Assembly (NCBI RefSeq): GCF_964355755.1
Contig: NC_092680.1
Coordinates: 18,547,045-18,611,044 of the forward strand
DNA: 64,000 bases
Source of the DNA: Antedon mediterranea
Taxonomy: Eukaryota > Animalia > Echinodermata
Direction: 5' to 3'
Made by a program: the position numbers and the translations under genes. Of the stretch, positions 1-12,300 are shown piece by piece. A model generated the notes under the pieces. It did not search any database. It was not told the origin of the DNA and was given only the letters and a program-made list of their open reading frames with translations. The stretch's first letter is position 1; each line of letters begins with the position of its first letter.

Positions 1-139
1 GATGACCAACGAAACATTGATTGACCTGAATTGAAAAGCTCCCTATCATCTGAATACAAGCCTTCAAAGTCTTAGTTCAGAAACCATGGGTTTTAATATC
101 TAGCCATGTACGCCATCTTTTTCGGACCAAGGTCTCCCT

Positions 140-698
140 TTATAGGGCTGCCTCCACAATAGTGGTGTCCCCTCAATAGGACTGTACCCTCAATAAGGCT
201 GTCCTCTCAATAGTGGTGTCCCCTGAATAGAACTGTCTCCTGCATAGAGCTGTCCCCTCAACAGGACTGTCTCCTGCATAGAGCTGTCCCCTCAGTAGGG
301 CTGTCGACTCAATAATGGTGTCCCCTCAATAGTGGTGTCCCCTCAATAGTGGTGTCCCCTCAACAGGGCTGTCCCCTCAATAGTGGTGTCCCCTCAACAG
401 GGCTGTCGCCTCAATAGTGGTGTCCCCTCAACCGGGCTGTCCCCTCAACAGGGCTGTCCCCTCAATAGTGGTGTCCCCTCAGCAGGGCTGTCCCCTCAGT
501 AGAGCTGTCCCCTGCATAGGGCTGTCCCCTCAGTAGAGCTGTCCCCTCAGTAGGGCTCTCCCCTCAGTAGGGCTGTCCCCTCAGTAGGGCTGTCCCCTCA
601 GTAGGGCTGTCCCCTCAGTAGGGATGTCCCCTCAGTAGGGATGTCCCCTCAATAGTGGTGCCTTCTGAAGGAACGTCCCAATTGAGAGGTTCTACTGC
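140..698. repeat. Minisatellite of ~19-bp units (TGTCCCCTCAATAGTGG/TGTCCCCTCAGTAGGGC variants) ending in a MITE-like terminus ...GAGAGGTTCTACTG
   Basis: More than 20 degenerate tandem copies are visible. The terminus is the reverse complement of CAGTAGAACCTC, which also occurs near 2276 and 6210. Confidence 0.85.
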
Positions 699-727
699 AC
701 AGTGCTATTAATCATATCTGTTCTTAC

Positions 728-2940
728 TTGATGAAGTCAGGTGCTTTTGAAATGACATGTTCAAATTCAGCAAAGGACAGGTGGTCATCGTCATCAAGAT
801 CAGCCTCTTCAAAAATCTAAAAATAAAATTGAGTTCAATCATTTAAACATAAACTAGCTGATACCCATCCTATCCTCTCTGTAGATGTTGTGATACAGCA
901 CATGTCTGTTAAGCTCTGTCTAGACTATCAAGCTGGTTTGACAAAAAGTGTGATGTGCCAAAAGTATGGTAGTGATATGCTAAAACATGGTAGTGATAGA
1001 CATCATCATGTCCATATAGGGGTACATATAACATTTTTGTTGTCATATAAAGTTTGATAATGTAGACAGTATTTTTTTGCTTGTGGGGACTGCCTCCTCT
1101 CAAAGAATATATGTAATTGTCGTAGGTAGTATTCTTGATTGTATAAAGTACATGAGACAACGTGCAGGGTCATGTCCATATATATATATGGGCACATCAC
1201 ATTTTTTTTTCCCAACAAATTTGATAGTGTAGACAGAGCTTTACTTCATCATAGGAAATATTTAGGACTTGTTAAATCAGATGAGACACACATGTGATGG
1301 TGTATTATATATTTTGTATAAATACAGAATCTAGATATAGAATGGTGAATCGGTAAGTGTATCCAATTGAAAATATTTCACTTTACATTGTTAATAAGAT
1401 GTTGCATATCCTCGTCATTTAACGTCTGTTCACCGGTCAATCTATTGATGACCTCTCGAAGGTCACTACTACCAATAAAATCATCCTCATCAAAATCTTT
1501 TAAAAAAATTACAGAAATTATTATTATTATTCTTGTTTGTTATTCATATACAGTATTGTTCTTGAGCAGTTACTATTTCAAGTTATGTTTACACTATGAC
1601 ACAAGTTCTGTACCATAAGTAATATTAGCAAGATTTCTGTGTGGACGATAATTTAGCAGACCGTAACAACTTGTGTACCTTAGACACATCACACTCATTC
1701 ATCTACCATCTCAAAACAAAAGATTGATAAAAACTGTTGCTGGGTGGGTAAGAGTACAATCATGTATGCGACTATACTCGGTTATTGTTATTACTGGTAT
1801 AGATTTTTTCTTGTACACAATTTCAATGTTTGGGAAACTATGGGAAAGGGTACACAGAAGCTTTGGGAAAAAAGAATATGTATATACATGTGAACACATG
1901 TTTGCATAAATTGTTGACATGGTTGGAAAACATTTAGGGCACAAAGTTTTTGACAACCAAGCATTATAGTATGACAATTACCGTAAATCCTGAAAGCATA
2001 TTCTGCCTTGACAGATTTGGGTGCATTGTCACTGAATACAGACATCATGTCAAGAAAGTCTTCAAAGGAGATACTCTTGTCATCGCTAGACGAGAACGTG
2101 GCGCAGATCCGATCCTTGAAGGGGTTCACGTGAAGTTCCGGTAGGGTCAGAATCGTGTCCATACTCAGCTTAGCATTTTTGTCATTTCTTACTTTATCAG
2201 GATCAAGGAGATGAAACCTCTTATGAACACTGCAAAAGAGGAATTGACATTATTACTTACAGTGAATATTACATACAGTAGAGCCTCTATAATAAGGGGA
2301 AACCTCTGTGTCGCAAAAGTGTTCCTTTATTATTAATAATAGAGTTAAATTATATCAATTTAAGCATTCATTCTGGTTTACTGTACTGTATTTAAATTTC
2401 ATATGTTGGCCAGGTATTATATTATTTTATTCTTATTTTATAGGGCCTAAATCACTTACTGTAGTATTTCTTTCTTGCTGAAGAATGTCAACTCCTGTAA
2501 AAAAAAAATCACAATAAATAATTTAAATATATAATAGGTAGGCCTCTCTAGGCCTTAACTACTTTACTGAAGAACAACACAAGAATTATTATTGTTAATG
2601 TTATTAATTTAGGCCCTCCTATATTAAAATAAATATATTATTTAACTACACTTCACTATAGCCTAGGACTAGGTAGCCAGTCTACAATACAAAAATCTAC
2701 TTCATTTATGCCCTAGGCCCTATTCAACCAACAAGTGTACAAAGTGCCCCACGGTGCCGCCCCAAGCAAGCAAACCTGCTGTGAGACTCAGCGTGGTGGT
2801 AGTAGGCTTAGCCCTCTCTAAACTTATTATGCTATTATTTGGCCGGTTAAACATTAATATTTAACAGAAAACACTATATTAGTAATTACCTGATATTCTT
2901 CTAATTGTGATTCGGTAAAAACGCTATGAGAACTACCCAT
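728..2940 (-). CDS. CIB1: Calcium- and integrin-binding protein (CIB1-like EF-hand protein); 3' end lies outside the window
   Basis: Exons 2940-2890, 2494-2460, 2229-1982, 1496-1387 and 816-728, all GT-AG with consistent phases. Translation MGSSHSVFTESQLEEYQ|ELTFFSKKEIL...LPELHVNPFKDRIC...AFRIY|DFDEDDFIGSSDL...EADLDDDDHLSFAEFEHVISKAPDF is typical of the CIB family, with N-terminal MG and EF hands. No terminal exon found in 1-727. Confidence 0.9.
911..1241. mobile_element. MITE family A (TIR AAGCTCTGTCTACACTATCAAA, Harbinger-like TA-rich flanks)
   Basis: Inverted termini aagctctgtctagactatcaa ... ttgatagtgtagacagagctt; further copies at 13216, 13751, 14846, 22644, 55465 and 58300. Confidence 0.8.
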
Positions 2941-3971
2941 TTTGGCAACAAAAAAGACAACTTTAAATGGACTTTGGTCTAAAAAGCGGATGTTGACGAG
3001 ACGCACGTCAAATCGCCACAACAGAAAGATCAATATTTATTTATTTATTTTGCATAACAAAAAAAATGTAATGGTACGCCCTCAATCCTGGCAGCACCTA
3101 CGTAAAAACAAAGATCAAGTTGCTACAAATCATCACAATCAGAGAGTCTAGTCATCAAGATAAGGTTTTTTTGTCGACATGTTTTTTTGTTATGCAAAGA
3201 TCCTTTAAATAACACACGAATCTTTTTTATAAGCCAATGAAGAATTTACTCTACCTCAGTGCACCCGCCTTAATTTAACGAGTTTGCAAATCATATAATA
3301 AATTATTTCAAAACACGTTAAATTATGATTGTGTGACGTGTTTCTTGGAATCTAAAAAACTAAAAGGAGATGCGTCAAAATATATAAAAGTAGGAGCCTA
3401 AAATACTGATAAATAATTAAATAAAATCTAGATAAATAAATCATAATCCTAACGTCGGATTAATTAATTAATGATACCCACCTAATCGTTTTTACTGATG
3501 TTGCAGGGTTTGAATTTTTTTAACCACGTTTTTCAAAATTTGTTTCATTATACTTTCATGCGTCTTAAAAGTGCACATATCTTGACCTTATCCCGTGGAG
3601 GTATAAAATAATTCCTTTTTATCCTATCTACGTTATTTTTTAAGGGAAAACTAGGGCAACCATCTGGTTTAAAATGTAAAATCTTTAGTTTCAAATATGT
3701 TTCATGTCAGGGAGACTTTTTTTTTTAAATCAAATGTTATAATGCTTTCGATTGTCTTGTTAAAAAATAAAATGAATGTTCGTTTTAAATAACATTCACA
3801 TAAAGGTCTCATGATAGTATTTTAGATGAAATTTCACAAATCAAACCCCTCTGGGTGGTGGTCCACCTCGGATATGCAAATTAGCCAAAATATCAAAGTT
3901 TGTAGTATAGGCTAATCTATAAAATTAATATTCTGCCAATACTGCCCTCTATAATAAGTAGTTGATAAATA
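2941..3971. promoter_or_regulatory. Divergent (head-to-head) CIB1/PEX13 intergenic region, probable bidirectional promoter
   Basis: Start codons at 2940 (-) and 3972 (+) point away from each other about 1 kb apart. TSSs cannot be seen directly. Confidence 0.5.
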
Positions 3972-6900
3972 ATGGCTGCTCCTCAAAAGCCATGGGAAAG
4001 AGGAGCAACAAATAATCGTTTATTGACTGGTTATTCGCCCATTGCAAGCGGGTGTTTATTTTTAGATTTATTATAAACTAGACTATTTATTGTAAGCTAG
4101 GCCTAGCCTAGCTATTAGAACTAGCTAGGCCTAGGCATAAAAGGCTAGGCCCCTATTCCTAAAGCCTCTGCTCTAGCCTAGCTAGTAGGCTAGCTACCCT
4201 AGCTAGTTAGGGTCTTGGCCTAGCCTGTAGGCTAGCCTTATAGTACGGCAAGTTAGGGTAGGCCTAGGCAAGGCTAACTAAGCTAGAGTGTAGCTGTAGT
4301 AGTATGCTAGTAGAATAGGCTAGACTAGTAGTACTATAGCAGGCCCTAAAACTAAAAAGTTAGCCTAATAATAATTTAATAATAATAAAGATATTTAATT
4401 TACTATGTAACTAGGCCTGTACTACTATCTAGCTAGGCCTATAGTAATTATAATTATTATACAGTATCATAATAGATATATTCAATATATATATTCAATA
4501 AACTTTATTGTCAAACTCATGAATGGCTTGAAACTTTGGCTGAAAGTACACACATTAAAATTGTCTAAAAACATTGTCGCACAAACAGTAAAAAAGAATA
4601 AAATCACATAAAACTGAGAAAAAGATGTCATATAAAAAGTTAAAAGAGGGCACAAAAAATACAAATTGAGTTAAAAATACAGCTAAAATACTTATTGCGT
4701 TTATCTTTTCCACATTACATTAAAATGCCTCATAGCAGATGGCAGAAAGGATCTACTTAGGCGTTCAGTGTTCCAGCGAGGATATGTAATGCGCCCAGAC
4801 CTGCTTAACGTAATGTACTGGTTAAGGGGGTGGCTAACATCTAACATAATAACTTTAAGTTTATTTGTAAGTGCGTTGTTAACAACTTCATCTGATTTCT
4901 TAATATCGTTTCCTATTATCCTTTTGGCAGATTTACTTATTCTTTGTACTTTTTTCATGCATTGCTGGTTTAAATTGTTGAACCAAACTATTGCATTAAA
5001 AGTTAAAACAGATAAAATAACAGATTCATAAAATAAAGTCAAGATCCTATTGCACACATGAAATTCTTATCTTATCAAAAAGTACAGTCGTTTATAACAA
5101 TTTGTGGTAACTAACTTAGTTTTTTCATCGATTACTGTGCCTAGATACTTAAAGCTACTAACAACTTCTACTTCATCGTTTAATATACATAGCTTATGTG
5201 TTTTGATACCTTTTCTAAAACCATTTCTTTAGTCTTGTTAGATAGGCCTAGAAAGAGCTCAGAAACTGTGTGGATCCACTTTGTGCATTAAGACGACATA
5301 TTAATAATAAGTATATTTTAAAATTCTTATGGATTATGATAATTGTTATAATTTTTTGTTATATTAGATCTGCAGGGATGTCTCAACGTGCTTCAGAGTT
5401 ACCACCATGTTGTCAACCAGGAGGAGGAGGTATGATGGATGGTAGAACCTTAGGCACACCAAGTATAAGCAGAACACCACCTTCCCTACCACCAAGGCAA
5501 ACTCAGATTGGTGGCTACTCTCCTATGTCTCGTTATGGTATGGGTGGATATGGTATGGGTGGGTATGGCTACGGTGGTGGATATGGTAGTGGGTACGGTA
5601 GTAGCTATTCCCCTTATGGAATGTATGGGTCAAGTGGTGGTATGTACGGATCATATGGAGGAGGAATGTACGGAACAAATGGTTCACGATTTAGTGCGGA
5701 AAACATGGACAGTGGTTTCAATCAATTTCTACAACAAGCGGAAGAAAACAGTCGTCCTGCATTTCAGTCAATAGAAAGCATAGTGCAAGCATTTGCGTCA
5801 GTAAGCATGATGATGGAGTCAACGTTCAATGCTGTCTACAGCTCATTCCGTGCAGTGCTCGGTGTTGCTGATCATTTCTCACGACTCAAGCAGCATCTCG
5901 TAAGAGTTTTCACAGCATTTGCAATGTTCAGGACACTTCGTTATTTTGTGAGAAAGTTAATGGTTCTGCTAGGACTCCGGCAGGCTGGCATCCAAGAAGA
6001 TGTTTGGTCTGAACTGCAGGATGGTGCCTTAGTGAATGAATCAAATCCGGACTTAAAATCTCAGCGGTCACCGTCGTGGCCCGTTTTTTTGTTTTTGGCT
6101 GTTGTGCTAGGAGGACCGTATTTAATTTGGAAATTGCTGTGCTCTTATGATAATGAAGCAAAAGGTGATGTTTCTTTTATTTTAACAATTTAACTTGCCA
6201 ATTGTTACACAGTAGAACCTGGGAGGTATAACAAATCTCCCTCTCCTTTGGGACACCATGTATTTTAAAAACACTATGTCCAATCTCTCTCTCTTCTTTG
6301 TTGTGGTCCCCTTAATAGGCTCCATTCCATTACAATTTTGTGTTTTAAAAACTCATGGATAACCAATTATAATTGCATTGTCATGACATTCTAGTTAGTA
6401 GAATTCCTTTGAGACCCAACAAAGTGTCCCTTAAATAGGGTGTCTTAAAAGAGGCGTTACAATGTATTTAGGAGAATCTGATGGTACAGTACTTGATGGC
6501 AGTTATTTGATTTGTTTTCAGGTGTTGCTTGGGCAAGTGGAGATGATGATCATGTAGTTGGACGTGTTGAATTTGATTTTGAGGCTGCAAATAACAAAGA
6601 GGTTACTATTAAAGCTGGTGATGTAATCAACTTGGCTCCCAAAGGTACGTCATTCATTTTCTTTCAAAATTTTACAATGCCTTACTACACTGCATTAGCT
6701 TACAATTATTTTAATAATTCCTCGTTTATAGAAATGCAACCGAAGGTTCGCGGTTGGTTATTAGCAAGTAAAGATGGCAAAGCGATAGGCTTGGTTCCTG
6801 CAAATTATATCAAAGTTCTAGGTAAAAGAAGAGGGAGGAAACATGTCCAATTGGAACAGCAGCAGATGCAGACGACCATTGATGCAACACAATCAGCAGC

Positions 6901-7162
6901 AGTGGGAGGAATACCACAAGCAGAAGCAGTCACGGATTTACAGACAGATTCTCAGTTTGATCAAGTATTTCCTGATGTGACACAGGACAATGAATTATCC
7001 TCCAGTCAAGGGTTCCATGCCACTACTGTGGGTAATGAACCCAAAAGAGGATGTTGTAAATCAAAGGATGGTAAAAACGTTGCGCCACTCTCAACAGAGA
7101 GCGTTGGATTATCTTTTAAACAAGAATCAACAATGGATGTCGCCAATGAAGCGGACGTATAG
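3972..7162 (+). CDS. PEX13: Peroxisomal membrane protein PEX13
   Basis: Exons 3972-4051, 5368-6164, 6522-6644 and 6732-7162. N-terminal P.KPWE, YG-rich region, QQAEENSRPAFQSIESIVQAFASVSMMMESTF...SSFRAVLGVADHF, TM segment SWPVFLFLAVVLGGPYLIWKLL, and SH3 domain ...QPKVRGWLLAS...GLVPANYIKVLG. Confidence 0.96.
4482..5225 (-). mobile_element. 5'-truncated non-LTR retrotransposon (CR1/L2/Rex1-like ORF2 C-terminus plus 3' UTR) in PEX13 intron 1
   Basis: ORF 4701-5057: FYESVILSVLTFNAIVWFNNL...HPLN...RSGR...TERLSRSFLPSAMRHFN. Upstream VEVVSSFKYLGTVID motif. Ends with AATAAA followed by a TTGAA-type tail on the minus strand. Confidence 0.8.
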
Positions 7163-7542
7163 CAGTAAATGGCGATATATTGCTGTAAAAGGGTGAAATC
7201 AAATCCTGCAAGTTGATTAAGCATTATTAGAGGTCAAATCAACCTGATCGTGATTGGATTGGCCTTGTATCCATGCATGGATGAACTCATTCTTCCATGC
7301 TCCATGGACGTAGCTAAACATTTTTGATATGTCAAAGACAATCAAGAGAGGAAGAAATTGAAGCTGTATTCAAATTGATATATCAATCATTCATATATAA
7401 TCTATCTTTAAAATTTTAAAAATTTATTAAAATAAAACTATTTTGAATTGACCATCATTTGAATAATACTACAGTATAATATACTAATATTTGTAAAAGC
7501 AATTCAAACAAAAACGTCATAACTGGATTCTGTTTACCAGCA

Positions 7543-7958
7543 GTTTAGTGTCCCTTGCCACGTTGAAACACCGGTTCCCGTCTGATCACCGAAGTTAAGC
7601 CAACTCTGGGCCTGGTTAGAGCTTTGATGGGAGACCACCTGGGAATATCGGGTGCTGTATGAATATGATGCTGGGGTCCCATAGGCATTTGATACCAGCA
7701 CTGCTGACTATTATGGCATCCCCTCCATCTAGTATCTGCCTCAGACGTATTTGCTTGTGCCTGTCCTCTGGTCAAGGTGGGCACTGGACAAGAGAAGCCC
7801 TTGGTCAATGCCAAAGATGATTGCAAACAGTCCTGGCTTACTGTAGTTTCATCCATCATTCAGATTCACAATCATGTCGGCCATAAAATGAAAACAAAGA
7901 GACCAGCTAGTGCACCTCACAGGTTAATAGCTTTTCTTTTTTTTTTTTTTACTTTTTT
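7543..7958 (+). mobile_element. 5S rRNA-derived SINE (SINE3-like): diverged 5S head, unique body, T-rich end
   Basis: 7543-~7663 matches 5S rRNA (CCACGTTGAAACACCGGTTCCCGTCTGATCACCGAAGTTAAGC...GATGGGAGACCACCTGGGAATATCGGGTGCTGTA) with many substitutions and no oligo-T terminator. It continues about 270 bp to a T tract. Confidence 0.7.
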
Positions 7959-9335
7959 TTAACCTATCAATGTTTGAAAACGTTAAAAAAAACACATACA
8001 TACAAAAATCATTAATTTAATAGATTGTTTATTCAGTACGGTTTGTACAGTAGTGAAATCATTACAGCTGTGATAGTAATACATTTATAATCTTTTGATG
8101 AATAAAGATGTAATTATGAAATTATTGAGGCAGCATGGCGATTTGTGTAAATAGAAACGAGTTCTTTATAAAGAATCAATTTTATAAACGGTTTTAAAAA
8201 CCCCAATTGATAACTGTCTTGATCATGTGATAATGGTCTTGATTATCAAAAACTCAATTTGACCTCACCTTTAGAAGGTCACTGAATACAATTGATATTC
8301 TCTAAAATATAGTACTATGAAAAGTCCAATTGTGGGATTACCAATTACCGCAACATTTCTTGGGAGTTTCAGATACAAGACTACAGAGATAACAAAAATA
8401 CTTCTTCCAAGTATCGCAGTACGATTTAAGCAGACAGATTAACAGACCGAGCAAGTTAATATTATAAATGCTTTATAAATCTTTACAGGTATATGCAATT
8501 ATTCAATAATAATAATCTATGATATATATTATACATAATACTATATACGTTTCATATAATTAATGATTAATTAATAAGCTTAAATTGCAAGCATGACGGT
8601 ATTTTTTACCTCTATGAATAAAAGATACTTATCGAGTGGCATAAAATGTTGCATCTTCCTTAAATATGTTCCACATTCACTCACATATGTATTTGATAAA
8701 TGCATAAATCCCTGAATTTCTACCTTACAATCAACAGACAATGTTATCAAGTCAAAATGTTAAATACTGTAATGATTGGATATGGATTTAATTTCAGAAT
8801 AGTAATTGATAAATTTGATTGTTAATACCTTAATTTATTTTTCAAGGTTACGTGTTGTGAACGGAATGATTGAATATAATAATGTATTGATACAAAAATT
8901 TTACGGGTTTTGTGCTTGTTCTATCATAATACAACATTTTAGCATATAGACAAGCCCAACATCAATTGTAAGCATTTAGCTAAAACTAGTGAATAGTCTA
9001 TCTGTAGGTCATTATTAAAGCTACTGCAGCCAGTCTCAGCTTCTACAGCAGGCATTATTGGAATAAATACTCAAAAATGCCATCTGCCATTTTAGAAAGG
9101 CGGCAAAGACCAATAATAATAGTTCAATCTTATATAAGCAAGCTCTCAATGAGCTGAACATTATTACCCCGGTCATTTTTTGGATCAAACATATATGGAA
9201 ACATACTCTGATAATAATGCAGCTAGTAATCAGTGCAAAGTTGTGTCTTGATCTAACCGGGTACCCATTTTATACAGCCTCGATCTCAGCTTCAACATAA
9301 ACACCTCGCATAATAAGCATGTGAAGCCCAAAGGC

Positions 9336-12300
9336 TCATGCCATCTTCAGACAAGCAACATTAAATCCATCACCACGGTACCTATTCACAAGGCCTAGTA
9401 GAGTCTGTTTTTTATGCATGCTCCTGGATGACTCCAGTTCATATAGGGTACACAGGTTGAATAGAAGGCCTTCGTCTAGATACTTCTCTGGGTCCTTATG
9501 CACAAGGCTTTCAAGCGATGCCAATGCCTCTCTTAACTTTCCCATGTAGAGCTGACACACCGATAGGTTGTTGACGGCCTGTTAAAAAGCATACCATGAA
9601 ATTACACTTTAAATTATGCGTTACAAGACATTTTAAAATTACTTAAAATGAAATGTATACTTACTTACTTAAAAGTAACAAATCACCTTATTATTCTGCT
9701 TTAATATATAGTATGAAAACTTTCATAGCAATTGTTGTTATATATTCAATAGAATTTCTTCCGTGTAAATTTATTCATGTCAATAATATTCATGTTATTA
9801 CTGTATTATGCATATTACTGTATTTCACAGTACAGTCTAGGGGCCTGGCTAAAAAATGTAGTCAAAATTATGGGGTAGGATTAATACTAAATAGATATAC
9901 ATATACAATATAATTAGTCACTTTATTATTGCTGTCAAAATACAATTTTTCCCTTTCTAAGCTATTTCTGTTCTTTAAATAATGAATGAACTTACTATAT
10001 GGTTTGTCGGTTCTTTCTCAACAACCTCTAAAAACAGTTTATATGCCTCTGGGTACATGTGCTGAGAGAGTCGCATCAGAGCTCTGAAATAAGAAAAAAA
10101 TAATCTGTGATTGTCTCATTTGCTTGAATTTTGTTAGTAAGGATTCCAGTTATTAGTAATATATATTTGTTAATTTTATGTTTTACGTAGAGTTGAGGGT
10201 CTTGTGTGCTACTGTATGTATAAATGAGGGAGATATAAAATATTATTATTATAGTTATTTTATACCTCCCTGTATAAATCAAGCTCAGTCATTCTTCCTT
10301 AGTAAATTACACTTTATTTACACTAATTTATTATAGTGTGAATTGGGTAAGTTGACCAAGAGGTAGTCGCATAAAGCATTCACACTGGACTTCATTCTCA
10401 CCTGTTCATTGATACCTTTACCATTGGTTTATCTCTCTTTGTTGTACGGGTTTCTAACTCATGAAATGCTTTTTGCGCAGACTTTAAATCACCAAGCTAA
10501 AATAAATTACAATATGTTTATTGAACCTGTTGAGTAAAGTGTGGTTCCCGCTAGAATGCAACGCAACCTGTAATAAAATGCCCTTCCAATAATTGTGTTT
10601 TCCCCATCTGTGTGAACTAAAACCTGCTTGTTGCGCATCAACTTTGATCTGGTTCACACCACGTATTTGGCTATGCGCTGTACTTTGTTTTCCTGTGTTG
10701 CGTGAAATCAAACTGATTTCCTGTAGCGATATTTGCATAACTGTTGCATCGTCGGTTCCCATATGTGATTACGCAATACAACACTTTGTGTCGATACCTT
10801 GCACTGCGTTCTAGTTGGAACCACGCTTTAATGCTTGTGACAAAGGCTCCATTTGAACTCTAGTAAATCATAATTTATTGTAGTTTGGTTGTTCTCATGC
10901 TTGCTTACCAAGAAATGTTCTTTCTTATATTAACTATAGTGATGTATTGTACCAACATGAGAATAAAAGTGTGGCTGCCATTTGACAACCATGATCATGC
11001 AATTGTTCTTCCGTCATGGTTACAACCTCACTTCATACTGTAACAAGACTTAGTTTAGTTCAAGTTTACCTGTAAATGTATTCGTCCAATACCGGATAGG
11101 AGTTCTTCATCATTGCTTTCATCTTTTTCAAGTAACAATTCAAATATGGTGGCTGCCTTATTAAAATCCTGTAAAATAAATGAATGTTTTTATATGTTTT
11201 TAAATAAATAAATAAATATGTTTTTAAATAAATAAATATGTTTTTAAATAAATAAATATGTTTTTAAATAAATAAATATGTTTTTAAATAAATAAATATG
11301 TTTTTAAATAAATAAATATGTTTTTAAATAAATAAATATGTCTTTAAATAAATAAATATGTTTTTAAATAAATAAATATGTTTTTAAATAAATAAATATG
11401 TTTTTAAATAAATAAATATGTTTTTAAATAAATAAATATGTTTTTAAATAAATAAATATGTTTTTAAATAAATAAATATGTTTTTAAATAAATAAATATG
11501 TTTTTAAATAAATAAATATGTTTTTAAATAAATAAATATGTTTTTAAATAAATAAATATGTTTTTAAATAAATAAATATGTTTTTAAATAAATAAATATG
11601 TTTTTAAATAAATAAATATGTTTTTAAATAAATAACACAATTCTAATACAAAGTAAATATATAAATTAAATTTATCAAACTTTTTTATCAAACATTTCAT
11701 TTATTATAAATATGTGTGATGATCTAAACTCAACACATAACAGAACTTAAACACCCCATTCAAAGTGACCAATGACTAACACAGTGCAGTTACTTACCTT
11801 CATAGCCAACAGACAATTTCCAATTGAATATAAAATTCTTTTATCTCTTGAATTCCACAGTTCAATCGAAGCTATAAAAATACAAAATTTATATCAAAAT
11901 TGTTGTTGCCAACAGCCCAGGATTAATGTGACAATTTACAGTGAAATGAATGAGTTTAAAAACTGTATATGTTTAAACACTACAGCCAATGGGTTCTGCT
12001 GGAAAGGTATTGGGATCGGCCATCATAGACACTTTGCATGATTGTTTAAGAATAAGGACAATATGCCCTAGCTTTACAAATGTCGTGCCTAAAAGTGTAA
12101 AAAATACAATTTGACAACCGTGAAGAGCTTTTAAATTGAATCTAATAGATGAGATATAAATTGCAAAATGTAATTTTATACCTTTTTTACTTTCTTCTTT
12201 TAGTTGAACAGGACTACCATCTTCAGCAAGCCCTTCATTTAAGTTTGATAATATCTAAAAAGACAAAAAAAATGTATTCTTACAAAATTTCTGAAAATGC

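Noticed and set aside
7543-7663. Functional 5S rRNA gene
   Set aside because: The 5' end is degenerate, there are many substitutions, no terminator follows, and it is not in an array.
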